DNA of 64,000 nt, taken from contig DCUX01000004.1 of assembly GCA_002327235.1 (NCBI GenBank), positions 93,553 through 157,552 on the forward strand, in the 5' to 3' direction. Made by a program: the position numbers and the translations under genes. This DNA is from Firmicutes bacterium UBA2203. GTDB taxonomy: Bacteria; Bacillota; Desulfotomaculia; Desulfotomaculales; Nap2-2B. Shown one piece after another: positions 47,938 to 56,864 of the stretch. How positions within the stretch are numbered: the stretch's first letter is position 1; each line of letters begins with the position of its first letter. The notes under the pieces are model-generated. The model made no database searches. It saw nothing but the letters and a program-made list of their open reading frames with translations, and was not told the origin of the DNA.

Positions 47938-47953
47938 GCGAAAAAGCAAAACT

Positions 47954-49090
47954 ATGAAAGAAAAAGAAATAGTAGACGTTACCATAATAGGGGCTGGGGT
48001 TATTGGTTTAGCCGTAGCTTCAAAAGTAGCCGGTAAAAAAAGAAAAGTGTATGTGTTAGAGAAAAACGACACTTTTGGGCAAGAGACCAGCAGCAGAAAT
48101 AGCCAGGTTATTCACGCCGGTCTTTACTATCCGCCGGCTTCCTTAAAAGCTAAAACCTGTGTTGAAGGAAACCGGATGCTTTATGCAATAGGCGAAAAAA
48201 ACAACGGGGTTGCCTTTAATAAACTAACCAAAATAGTTATTGCTACCAGCGAATGGGAAGTAGGAAAGTTAGAAGCCTTGCGAAAAAACGGTATAGATAA
48301 TGGAGTTATGGGTCTTCTTCTTTTATCCCGGCAGGAGACAAAGAGGCTGGAACCTAATGTAGAAGCAAGGGCGGCTCTTTTTGTACCCTCAACTGGAGTT
48401 ATAGATGGACACGGTTTAATGAAATTTTTCCTTCAAAAGGCAAAAGACAAGGGAGCGCAAGTCGTTTACAGGTCAAAAGTAACTGATATCGCTAAGACAA
48501 ATACGGGATATGTGGTAGAGACCCAAGAGGGCAAGGAAAAATTTGATTTTTTGACCCGCGTATTAATTAATTGCGCTGGCCTGGGGGCCGATAAAGTTGC
48601 CGCCATGGCCGGCATAGATATAACCAGGGCAGGTTACCGGCTGCATTACTGTAAAGGGGAGTATTTTAGCGTTAGTGGCGGTAAAAGGAAGCTGGTAAAA
48701 AGACTTGTTTATCCGGTTCCCTTACCTGAACTTGCGGGGGTTGGCATCCACGTTACCCTTGATTTAGACGGCAGGATGCGTTTAGGCCCTGGAGTGGAGT
48801 ACGTTAAAGAAATTAATTATAAGGTTGACGAAAAAAAGAAACCGTTTTTTTACGCCAGCGTTAAAAAATTTTTACCGGACCTAACTTTGGAGGACTTAGA
48901 GCCTGAAATGGCGGGAATCAGGCCAAAACTGCAGGGGCCTGGGGAAAAACAAAAGGATTTTATCATCCGTCACGAGATAGATAAAGGACTACCTGGTTTG
49001 ATTAACCTTATCGGAATAGAATCTCCTGGTCTAACCGCATCACCTGCCATAGCAAAAATAGTAGGCAACATGGTAAATGAAGTATTATAG
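47954..49090 (+). CDS. FAD-dependent oxidoreductase of the L-2-hydroxyglutarate oxidase/DAO family
   Basis: N-terminal dinucleotide fold VTIIGAGVIGLAVA, then SSRNSQVIHAGLYYPP, with C-terminal GIESPGLTASPAIA. Confidence 0.8.
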   Translation: MKEKEIVDVTIIGAGVIGLAVASKVAGKKRKVYVLEKNDTFGQETSSRNSQVIHAGLYYPPASLKAKTCVEGNRMLYAIGEKNNGVAFNKLTKIVIATSEWEVGKLEALRKNGIDNGVMGLLLLSRQETKRLEPNVEARAALFVPSTGVIDGHGLMKFFLQKAKDKGAQVVYRSKVTDIAKTNTGYVVETQEGKEKFDFLTRVLINCAGLGADKVAAMAGIDITRAGYRLHYCKGEYFSVSGGKRKLVKRLVYPVPLPELAGVGIHVTLDLDGRMRLGPGVEYVKEINYKVDEKKKPFFYASVKKFLPDLTLEDLEPEMAGIRPKLQGPGEKQKDFIIRHEIDKGLPGLINLIGIESPGLTASPAIAKIVGNMVNEVL

Positions 49091-49093
49091 CTT

Positions 49094-49918
49094 TTAAATT
49101 CCTGTATTATGGGAATATTGATAACGTTTAGAGTATAACGCCACTTCATGATAACCCGCCCGTCTTAAATGCTGAACGGCTTCTTTGAATTCATACCCTA
49201 CCTGGTCGGGCTGATGCGCGTCCGAACCAACGGTGGCGGGAACCCCGTGCTGCCGGCAAACCTTTAAAAAACTTAAACTAGGATAAATCTCGCCTGCCGG
49301 AACACGTAAGCCGGCGGTGTTTATCTCCACGCAAACACCGGCTTGGGCAAAAGCCTTTGCCGTTTCCAGATATAACGGGATGGGTTCTTCGGCCAGGCGG
49401 TAATTAAACTTTTTAATTAAATCGGGGTGAGCTATAATGTCAAAAAAACCGGATAAAGCGGCCTCTTTAAGCAGGCCAAAATACTGGTGGTAAACGGCAA
49501 CAGGGTCTTTACCGGCGTAAGCGGCCTGCTGGGTTGCCTGGTCAAAGCCCCAACCGTTCAGGTAATGAACGGACCCGATAAGATAATCAAAGGTATATTT
49601 ACCCAAAAAATGCGCCAATTCTTTTTCCCGTCCTGGGATGAAGTCTACTTCCAGGCCAACTTTTAGGGTCAAGTCTTGATTTTTAGCCTGCAGACGGTTT
49701 ATTTCAGCCAGATAAAACGCTAATTCTTTCTCCTGCATGGCTAAAGAAGGGTCTCGCTGTTCCGGTAAAAGCCAGTACATGGGTATATGGTCGGCAAAAC
49801 CTATTTCGGTTATGCCTTTTTGCCGGGCTGCCGCGAGGTATTCCTCCATCTGACCTGCGGCGTGACCGCAATGCCAGGTGTGGATGTGATAATCAGGTAA
49901 ATGATAATCAAGCATCAA
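49094..49918 (-). CDS. PHP-family histidinol-phosphatase (HisJ/HisK-like)
   Basis: DYHIHT metal-binding start, then GFADH, SVHY, AHPD and GSDAH motifs spaced as in PHP phosphoesterases. Confidence 0.8.
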   Translation of the reverse strand: MMLDYHLPDYHIHTWHCGHAAGQMEEYLAAARQKGITEIGFADHIPMYWLLPEQRDPSLAMQEKELAFYLAEINRLQAKNQDLTLKVGLEVDFIPGREKELAHFLGKYTFDYLIGSVHYLNGWGFDQATQQAAYAGKDPVAVYHQYFGLLKEAALSGFFDIIAHPDLIKKFNYRLAEEPIPLYLETAKAFAQAGVCVEINTAGLRVPAGEIYPSLSFLKVCRQHGVPATVGSDAHQPDQVGYEFKEAVQHLRRAGYHEVALYSKRYQYSHNTGI

Positions 49919-49937
49919 GAAAATAATTCCTTTATCC

Positions 49938-51020
49938 TTAATAACCTTTAATATGCTTGGCGGTTAAGCAGGTCAAGCGGTATATGTGCTGGGCCAGGGC
50001 CGGCTCAAGTAAACCGGCGCCGCAGGCTGGTGTAATCATAGCCTGCCTTTTTAAAACTTCCTGGTCGGCACCTTTGGCGGTTAATTCAGACCAAAGGGCC
50101 TGCAGTTTAGCCGTTAAAGTGAATACATCTTCGGAAAAGGTTTTTTCGGAAGTAGGGGTGATTCCCCAGGCTATTACCCCATCCCGGGCTAAAAAGTCTT
50201 TTAATTCCTTGGTGTAAGGAAGCAAGGAATGGCCGTAATTGTAAGCATCTAAATTAACAATATCCGGGTGGGTCTCAAATAAAATAGTCCAGTCAAGAGC
50301 GGCGCAAGAATGAACCCCTGTTCTTCCGCCGGCGGTATTTACAGCTTGAATAATTTCGGTCAGGTCACTTATAATCATTTCTTTAGTAACGGTGATATAA
50401 CCTGATTGGCCGTAAATACTAATTGCGGGTTCGTCTATAAAAATTATGGGCGGGCGGCCCAGGCTCATTAGCTGATTTGTTTGCCAGCGGGCGTGCAACG
50501 CCAGGGTCTTGACCAATATGTCACGTAGTTGGGGATCGTAATAAGCCAGGTTTCCGCTGGCATCTTTAACCTGCAACCCGAGGGTGACCGGTCCTGCCAG
50601 TTGTCCCTTAAAATAAAGGGCCTGGCCGGTTCCTGCTTTTTTTATGGTTTCTATAAAGGCATAAAAGCCAACGGCTGCCTCAGGCGGAAAGGAAAAAATT
50701 TTAAGCGCTTCTTGTTCCCCAGTCTCACCGGCTAGGTAAAAACGGTAAAATTCCGTTAAACGCTCCGGCCAGTCAGAATGTTCATTGGTAAAATAGGCCT
50801 GGTTTGCTTTTAGTTCCAGAAGACCGGTTTGGACCAGCGGATTTAAAAATTGAAATACAAAACCTTCTTGGCTTCCGCGCCGGGGAAGTTGCGGCCAATG
50901 AGGAACCTGGGGAAATGATTCCAGGATAAGATTTAAAGCGGCCTGGGGCTGGTGAAAGGGCAAGCTCCCTATTCCTGTAGCCAAGCAATCCGGTATAAAT
51001 TGTGGTGGTTTATTCATCAC
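49938..51020 (-). CDS. MetE-like (cobalamin-independent methionine synthase C-terminal domain family) Zn-dependent enzyme
   Basis: Candidate Zn ligands in MetE-like spacing: GVHSCA (H-x-C) and ITPACGAG (C-G). (beta/alpha)8-size protein. Confidence 0.55.
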   Translation of the reverse strand: MMNKPPQFIPDCLATGIGSLPFHQPQAALNLILESFPQVPHWPQLPRRGSQEGFVFQFLNPLVQTGLLELKANQAYFTNEHSDWPERLTEFYRFYLAGETGEQEALKIFSFPPEAAVGFYAFIETIKKAGTGQALYFKGQLAGPVTLGLQVKDASGNLAYYDPQLRDILVKTLALHARWQTNQLMSLGRPPIIFIDEPAISIYGQSGYITVTKEMIISDLTEIIQAVNTAGGRTGVHSCAALDWTILFETHPDIVNLDAYNYGHSLLPYTKELKDFLARDGVIAWGITPTSEKTFSEDVFTLTAKLQALWSELTAKGADQEVLKRQAMITPACGAGLLEPALAQHIYRLTCLTAKHIKGY

Positions 51021-51045
51021 TTTTTATCCTCCCTGCTTCAAAAAA

Positions 51046-52326
51046 CTAACGCCTGTATCTTTTAATCGGGTAACTCCGTAAGATATAATTTTGGCGTGCC
51101 CGTCTTTGTTTTACCCGGCTATAAAAGTGCGTAAAAATTAATAATGATACCGGTAAAGTCAACCACCCCAACCACAAAGGATATTTTTTTTCTACTGGCT
51201 GGTCGGTTATTAAATCTACCCGGCCTAACTCCTGCCCTTCCTGAAGAAAGATTAATTCCCCTCCCTTTTTGCCTTTGGGAAGGGGGGCGCGAAGTTCTTC
51301 GTTTAAGGTAACTTGACGGTCAAAGGACTGATCAGGTAAATATTTATTGTGCCCGGCCGGAAAATTAAGATAAAAAGAATTTTTGGCCACTAAATTTACC
51401 ACCTCTTTTCCTTGCCGTGCTTTCAAAGAGGATATTTTTGCTCCTTTGTTAACAACCGGGGTAGTTGCAAAACCATTAAAACCGTAGTCCAATAAATTAA
51501 TGGCGTCATGGGTAATATTCGAACCCTGGCTTTTTAGAACTACCGCGATTAGCTCTCTATTCCCGCGTTTGGCTTGGGCCACTATACATTGGCCTGCTTC
51601 CACCGTATACCCTGTTTTAACCCCGATTGCTCCAGGGTAAAGAGACAATAACCGGTTATGATTCCACAAATGTTCCTGCGGCGGTCCTTTGCTGCGGTCA
51701 GCCAGGGGCCTTTGAATTACCGCCAGCCGGGTGGCTACTATTTGCCGAAAAATAGGGTCTTGCATGATTTTTTGCGTTATAAGAGCTAAGTCGTAAGCGG
51801 TAGTGTAGTGTAAAGGATCGGGTAAACCGTTGGGATTGATAAAATTGCTTTCTTTGGTCCCGCATGAGCGCGACCATTCGTTCATTAAGGCGGCAAATTC
51901 AATTTCTGAGTTAGCGATATGCATAGCCAAAGCGGTGGCGGCGTCATTGCCTGAGGCTAACATTAAAGCGTATAAAAGGTCTCTTAAGGATAATTGTTCC
52001 CCTTCCTGCAGGCCAATAGACGAGCCGTCTTGCAAACAGGCGGCCCGCGGTATAGTGACTATATCGTCAAGTTTACCTTTTTCTATCGCGACCGCCGCCG
52101 TTATTATTTTGGTGGTGCTGGCCGGATACATCAAGCGGTGCATATTTTTTTGGTAGAGCACTTGTTTATTACAGGCATCCATTAATGCAGCCGCTTCACC
52201 ATCAATATCCGGAACTTTAGTGGCGCTGGCCTCTAAAGAAAGAGGAAACATAAAAACAAAAAAAAGAAAAAAAAGAAAAAAAAGAAAAAAAAGAAAAATA
52301 ACTGGCTTTATTTCAATTCTTTTCAT
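51046..52326 (-). CDS. D-alanyl-D-alanine carboxypeptidase (peptidase S11, DacB/DacF-like)
   Basis: SxxK (ASTTK), SxN (ASGND) and KTG (KTGYT) motifs. N-terminal signal peptide and a C-terminal membrane anchor. Confidence 0.9.
   Translation of the reverse strand: MKRIEIKPVIFLFFLFFLFFLFFVFMFPLSLEASATKVPDIDGEAAALMDACNKQVLYQKNMHRLMYPASTTKIITAAVAIEKGKLDDIVTIPRAACLQDGSSIGLQEGEQLSLRDLLYALMLASGNDAATALAMHIANSEIEFAALMNEWSRSCGTKESNFINPNGLPDPLHYTTAYDLALITQKIMQDPIFRQIVATRLAVIQRPLADRSKGPPQEHLWNHNRLLSLYPGAIGVKTGYTVEAGQCIVAQAKRGNRELIAVVLKSQGSNITHDAINLLDYGFNGFATTPVVNKGAKISSLKARQGKEVVNLVAKNSFYLNFPAGHNKYLPDQSFDRQVTLNEELRAPLPKGKKGGELIFLQEGQELGRVDLITDQPVEKKYPLWLGWLTLPVSLLIFTHFYSRVKQRRARQNYILRSYPIKRYRR
52252..52296 (-). 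repeat. 9-nt tandem repeat (AAAAAGAAA x4 plus one variant) inside the dac signal peptide
   Basis: Encodes FLFFLFFLFFLFFVF on the minus strand. Confidence 0.9.
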
Positions 52327-52329
52327 AAT

Positions 52330-53526
52330 TTAACGGCGAACTTTAAGTTTTTTCACCGCCTGCTCCAATCCTTCCACCGTTAGTTCAAACATTGGAAATA
52401 CCCGGCTGATGGCTTTAATTGTTTCGTTCCCCCAGGCGTAGGTCCAGGTTTTTTGAGGAACAGGATTCAACCAAACCGACCGGGTAAAATGGGTAGCCAG
52501 TTTTTCCAGCCAGGACAGTCCTGTTTCACCGTTAAAGTCGTACCAATCAATTACTCCGCCTACCATTAACAGTTCACTGGCGGCCATGCTGGCGTCGCCG
52601 ACAATTATTAAGTAGTAATCCTGATCCAAATTTTGCAGCATCTCCGAAGTAGGCATAGAAGCAAAGCGATAGCAATACGGGTCAAGGTAAATCTTTTCGT
52701 AAACACAATTATGAAAATAATAAAACTTTAAATCTTTAAAGTGGCCTACTTTATGTACGGCGTTAAAAAGTTGAGCGCAAAGCCTGGCGTAAGGGTCCAT
52801 GGAGCCGCCGGAATCCATTAAAACCAGCAATTTTACGGTGTTTTTCCGCGGCCTGGTCCAGATTATTTTTAAATACCCGGCGTTGCGGCAGGTAGCGTCA
52901 ATAGTATTTTCTAAATCCAGTTCATCTTTTGGCCCTTCGTCCCGGTATCCCAGGGTGCGAAGTTTGCGTAAGGCCAGTTCAAAGTGCCTGGTGTTTAAGG
53001 TTTCATCGTTACGAAAATCGCGGTAGCGGCGCTCTGCGGCTACTTTTACGGCGGAAAGATTTAAAGATTCGCCCCCAATGCGCACGCCGGCCGGATGATA
53101 ACCTGAATGGCCAAAGGGGGAGGTGCCCCCCGTGCCAATCCAGCGTGAACCGCCGTGATGTTCCCCGGTTTGCTGGGCTAAAAGTTCGGCTAATTTTTTA
53201 CGTAAGGTATCCAGGTCCCAGGAAGAAAATTTTTCCCTTTGGGCGGGGTCCATCCATAAAGGAGGCAAAGAACGCTCCAGCCATTTCATTGCTTTTTCAG
53301 CTATTTCAGGCGAGGCTTCAATCCCTTTAAAATATTGTTGAAACGCCTGGTCAAAACGGTCGTAATACGCTTCGCTTTTTACCAGCAAAGCCCGCGCCAG
53401 GTAATAAAATCCTAGCAGGCTGTTTTGGGCCAGTCCTTTATCCAGGGCTTCCATTAGCATCATCCACTCGTTTAAGGAAACAGGAATCCCTTCTTGTTTA
53501 AGGAAGTAAAAAAAACCGCTAAACAA
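52330..53526 (-). CDS. CoxE-like vWA-domain protein
   Basis: 398 aa with a TTG start after AGGAG. C-terminal vWA-like block with a MIDAS-type start (VLMDSGGSMDPY). Partner of the upstream MoxR-type ATPase. Confidence 0.7.
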   Translation of the reverse strand: MFSGFFYFLKQEGIPVSLNEWMMLMEALDKGLAQNSLLGFYYLARALLVKSEAYYDRFDQAFQQYFKGIEASPEIAEKAMKWLERSLPPLWMDPAQREKFSSWDLDTLRKKLAELLAQQTGEHHGGSRWIGTGGTSPFGHSGYHPAGVRIGGESLNLSAVKVAAERRYRDFRNDETLNTRHFELALRKLRTLGYRDEGPKDELDLENTIDATCRNAGYLKIIWTRPRKNTVKLLVLMDSGGSMDPYARLCAQLFNAVHKVGHFKDLKFYYFHNCVYEKIYLDPYCYRFASMPTSEMLQNLDQDYYLIIVGDASMAASELLMVGGVIDWYDFNGETGLSWLEKLATHFTRSVWLNPVPQKTWTYAWGNETIKAISRVFPMFELTVEGLEQAVKKLKVRR

Positions 53527-53680
53527 TAGCCTTACTCCTAAAATGATTCTGATTTAAAATTTCGGCTTTTGCCTCTTATAATTATAAAAAATTTTTAAGA
53601 GCATTTAATGTTCTCAGGAGAAAAAACTCCCCTAACTATCATACCATATAACGGAAGTGAGGGGCTCCCACTATCTTTTT

Positions 53681-54553
53681 TTACCAGTTTTTTTGTCCGT
53701 ACCCCGTAGCGGCAGTGGGCTTTTGTTTTCCTGAGTTTGTTAGTTTTTGTAAAACCAGGTCGTAATCTTTATTCTTTTTTAGCAAAACGCCTAGAAAAGG
53801 CATTTCAGCGCAAATTTTTTCCGAACGTATTCCTTCTGACATTAGAGCCAAAATCCAATCCAACAGCTCACTGGTACTTGGTTTTTTCTGCAGGCCGCTT
53901 ATACTTCTTACCCAATAAAAAGCCCTTAAGCTTTCCTGGAGCAGTTTGTTTTCTAAATTCGGAAAGTGTACCCGGATAATTCTTTCCATCATTTCCTCAT
54001 CCGGAAAACTAATGTAGTGAAAAACACAGCGTCTTAAAAATGCGTCGGGCAGTTCTTTTTCCGCGTTGCTGGTAATCACCACCACGGGTCTTTGTTTGGC
54101 GACTATGGTCTCCTTAATTTCTGGAATATAAAAATTCATAATATCCAGTTCCCAAAGTAAATCGTTAGGGAATTCTAAGTCGGCCTTGTCTATTTCGTCT
54201 ATTAATAAAATAGTTTTTTTCTCCGATAAAAAGGCCTCGCCCAATTTACCCAGCTTTATATACTGTTTGATGTCTGAAACATCGTGATCGCCAAATTGAC
54301 TGTCGTATAACCTTTGAACTGTATCATATACGTAAAGGCCTTCCTGAGCCTTAGTGGTGGATTTAATATTCCAGGTGATTAACGGCAGTCCTAGTGAATC
54401 AGTAATTGCTTTGGCTAGCATAGTTTTCCCGGTGCCGGGCTCTCCCTTAATTAACAAAGGTCTTCCTATGGCAATAGCTACATTTACCACGTCTTTAAGC
54501 TCATCAGAAACCAGGTAGTTGTTGGTGCTTTCAAAAACTGGGGCAGGTTTCAC
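53681..54553 (-). CDS. MoxR/CoxD-like AAA+ ATPase
   Basis: Walker A GEPGTGKT, Walker B ILLIDEIDKA and sensor region ITSNAEKELPDAFLRRC. Confidence 0.85.
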   Translation of the reverse strand: MKPAPVFESTNNYLVSDELKDVVNVAIAIGRPLLIKGEPGTGKTMLAKAITDSLGLPLITWNIKSTTKAQEGLYVYDTVQRLYDSQFGDHDVSDIKQYIKLGKLGEAFLSEKKTILLIDEIDKADLEFPNDLLWELDIMNFYIPEIKETIVAKQRPVVVITSNAEKELPDAFLRRCVFHYISFPDEEMMERIIRVHFPNLENKLLQESLRAFYWVRSISGLQKKPSTSELLDWILALMSEGIRSEKICAEMPFLGVLLKKNKDYDLVLQKLTNSGKQKPTAATGYGQKNW

Positions 54554-54698
54554 TTTTCTTACCCTCCCTAAAATAATTCCCTTAAAAGAATATCCAGATA
54601 CGCCTGTTGTGTCAATAAAAAATTTATTTTAGGTTAAGGATTAATTTATTTTTATAATTAGGGTACTTGCTAATTTTCCTTTAAACCGAAGACAAAAA

Positions 54699-54724
54699 AT
54701 TAGAAAGGCCTACTTCTAATTTTT
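54699..54724. terminator. Orphan bidirectional-looking hairpin at the core/island boundary
   Basis: AAAAA-ATTAGAA-aggcctac-TTCTAAT-TTTT. No gene ends next to it on either strand. Confidence 0.35.
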
Positions 54725-54817
54725 GCCGAAAAGAAAGGAAACCAAAAGTAAATGTAGAAGTAATATAAAATATGATCCCTAACAAAAGGTGGGTAGATTA
54801 TTGGAGGGAAGAATGGG

Positions 54818-55750
54818 ATGAAAACTAACCGAAAAAAAAGAGGAACTCAAACAAGCTCTTTCGGCTCCCCCGGCAGAATAAATCATAATTCTACCGCATT
54901 TTACGCAAGCAAATTATATAGAGGGTTACCTCAGGAGCAGAAAGTTGAATATGCGGAAAATCTTATCCCTCCACAGTTCTTAGATAAAATCTTTTGCAAA
55001 TCTTCTGAATGGATGGAAGAACTGCTAGATAATAGCGTTCATTTGATGGTGACATCGCCACCATACAATGTTGGGAAAGATTATGATGAGGATTTTACGC
55101 TTGAAGAATACTTACAGTTTTTGAAGAGAGTATGGAAGGAAGTTTATAGAGTTCTAGTTCCTGGGGGTAGGGCTTGTATTAACATCGCGAATTTAGGGAG
55201 AAAGCCGTATATCCCTTTACACGTTTTCATAGTGAAAGATATGCTCGATTTAGGCTTTTTAATGCGAGGAGAAATCATTTGGAATAAAGCCTCCAGTGCC
55301 AGTCCTTCCACAGCATGGGGGAGTTGGCTTTCTGCCGCTAATCCAACTTTAAGGGATGTCCATGAATATATTCTGATTTTTTCTAAAGGCACATTTAGTA
55401 GAAAAAATAACAACAAGAGAAAAAATACAATCCCAAAAGAGGAATTCCTTGAGTTTACTAAAAGTGTTTGGACATTTCCAGCAGAACCTGCTCACAAAGT
55501 AGGGCATCCGGCCCCTTTTCCCGTTGAACTTTCATATAGATTAATTCAGCTTTACACATATGAAGACGAAGTAGTTTTAGACCCATTCATTGGAAGCGGA
55601 CAAGCTGCGATAGCAGCAATAAAAACAGACCGTCATTATGTTGGATACGACATAGAAGAAACGTATGTAAAATTAGCAGAAAGGCGAATTAGAGGCTTTT
55701 TATTAGAATTTAAATCTCCAAAATTGTTTAACTTTACTGATAAAAAGTGA
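54818..55750 (+). CDS. Beta-class N4/N6 DNA methyltransferase (SPPY catalytic motif, probably m4C)
   Basis: Motif IV MVTSPPYNVGKDY precedes motif I VLDPFIGSGQAAIAA, which is the beta permutation. RBS GGAGGG lies 9 nt upstream. Confidence 0.85.
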   Translation: MKTNRKKRGTQTSSFGSPGRINHNSTAFYASKLYRGLPQEQKVEYAENLIPPQFLDKIFCKSSEWMEELLDNSVHLMVTSPPYNVGKDYDEDFTLEEYLQFLKRVWKEVYRVLVPGGRACINIANLGRKPYIPLHVFIVKDMLDLGFLMRGEIIWNKASSASPSTAWGSWLSAANPTLRDVHEYILIFSKGTFSRKNNNKRKNTIPKEEFLEFTKSVWTFPAEPAHKVGHPAPFPVELSYRLIQLYTYEDEVVLDPFIGSGQAAIAAIKTDRHYVGYDIEETYVKLAERRIRGFLLEFKSPKLFNFTDKK

Positions 55751-55784
55751 GAAATAACGAGCAAAGCTATGTCTATCAACAGCC

Positions 55785-56069
55785 TTGCTTGATTTAATAA
55801 ACTTAAAAAGCTCATTAGATAAAGCAACAGATAAAATTAAAACTGACAAACTCAAACAGAATGATGTTAAAAATAAGGCCAAAATCCTTAAAGCAGTTCT
55901 AAATGAAATAGCTCTTAGAGAAAGAAATATTCAATTGGCCCTATATTACCCGGCAGCCGGTAAAAGATTAAAGAACAGGCACCTATTTCCCCCGCAGAAT
56001 AGACAAATAGAAATATCTACCCCGGATACCTTTAATATTAGCACCTTGAGACAAACAGCTTCACATTAG
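55785..56069 (+). CDS. Hypothetical 94-aa ORF, possibly the truncated remnant of the methyltransferase's partner gene
   Basis: TTG start with no recognisable motifs. Ends 10 nt before an IS91-type fragment. Confidence 0.2.
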   Translation: MLDLINLKSSLDKATDKIKTDKLKQNDVKNKAKILKAVLNEIALRERNIQLALYYPAAGKRLKNRHLFPPQNRQIEISTPDTFNISTLRQTASH

Positions 56070-56078
56070 GTCTAACCG

Positions 56079-56135
56079 GTGTTCGGGTAGACCTAAAACA
56101 CTTCAGCAGTTTAGTTTTCCGGTTCCGGTTGCAAC
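56079..56135 (-). mobile_element. Short IS91-family transposase C-terminal fragment
   Basis: The minus strand encodes NRNRKTKLLKCFRSTRT, almost identical to NRNRKTKLLKCFRLTRT in 57256-57489. DNA identity is visible with 57336-57392. Confidence 0.6.
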
Positions 56136-56365
56136 AACTCTTTTTTACTTTAAAAGATAAAGGAAGGTGTGATAAACTGGTAGAAGAAAATTTAAAAGAC
56201 TACCGCGAAGCGGTTTAGTTCAACAGAGCGTGTCTGGTTTCGATGCTTCGCACCTTTGCCCAAATTCCACTTCAGGTAACTTTAGATACGCTTGTGGCGT
56301 TAGGTGAAATTACTGTACATACTTTATAAAGTTCGAATCAAATAACAATTACGAGGTGAGAAAGA

Positions 56366-56625
56366 AATGCAACAATTAAAAGTAATAGTTGAAAAGCATC
56401 CTGAGGGGTATGTGGCATATCCTATGGGCTAAAAGGTGTAGTGGTTGGTGAAGGTGATACCTACGAGGAAGCACTTGCGGATGTGAAACCGGCTGTCAAA
56501 TTTCACATAGAAACCTTTGGGAAAGGGGTTTTTGAGACTGAAGAGATTATGGAAACCTTTGCTGCAGAAGCGGCAGTGTAATGAAATTCCCAAGAGATGC
56601 TTCTAAGCGAAAGGTCATAAAATCA
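56366..56625 (+). pseudogene. hicB-like antitoxin (frameshifted) plus the first ~14 codons of a hicA-like toxin; remnant copy 1
   Basis: MQQLKVIVEKHPEGYVAYPMG then a stop. After a 1-nt shift the frame reads LKGVVVGEGDTYEEALADVKPAVKFHIETFGKGVFETEEIMETFAAEAAV*. The overlapping ATG gives MKFPRDASKRKVIK, then homology is lost. Confidence 0.65.
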
Positions 56626-56638
56626 AAGGAGGAATATC

Positions 56639-56860
56639 ATGGAAATAGCTCCAAGGATAAGTGTAGATGAGAAAATTCGTTTTGGCAAGCCTATAATTAG
56701 TGGGACACGTGTTCCGGTGGATCTTATCATGGGCAAGCTTGCAGGAGGGATGACCTACGAAGAGGTTATGGCTGAATACGAGATCACCCGTGAGGATATA
56801 CTAGCTGTCCTCGACTATGCTGCCAAGACTCTATCCAGCGAAGAGATTAAAGCGATATGA
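56639..56860 (+). CDS. DUF433 (COG2442) antitoxin-like protein
   Basis: RISVDEKIRFGKPIISGTRVPVDLIMGKLAGGMTYEEVMAEYEITREDILAVLDYAA is the typical DUF433 core. RBS AAAGGAGG. Confidence 0.85.
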   Translation: MEIAPRISVDEKIRFGKPIISGTRVPVDLIMGKLAGGMTYEEVMAEYEITREDILAVLDYAAKTLSSEEIKAI

Positions 56861-56864
56861 TGAA

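Noticed and set aside
56817-56864. Longer start for the PIN-like gene overlapping the DUF433 gene.
   Set aside because: The extension is just the alternative frame of the DUF433 3' end. The family-typical N-terminus MPKFVIDED begins at 56865.
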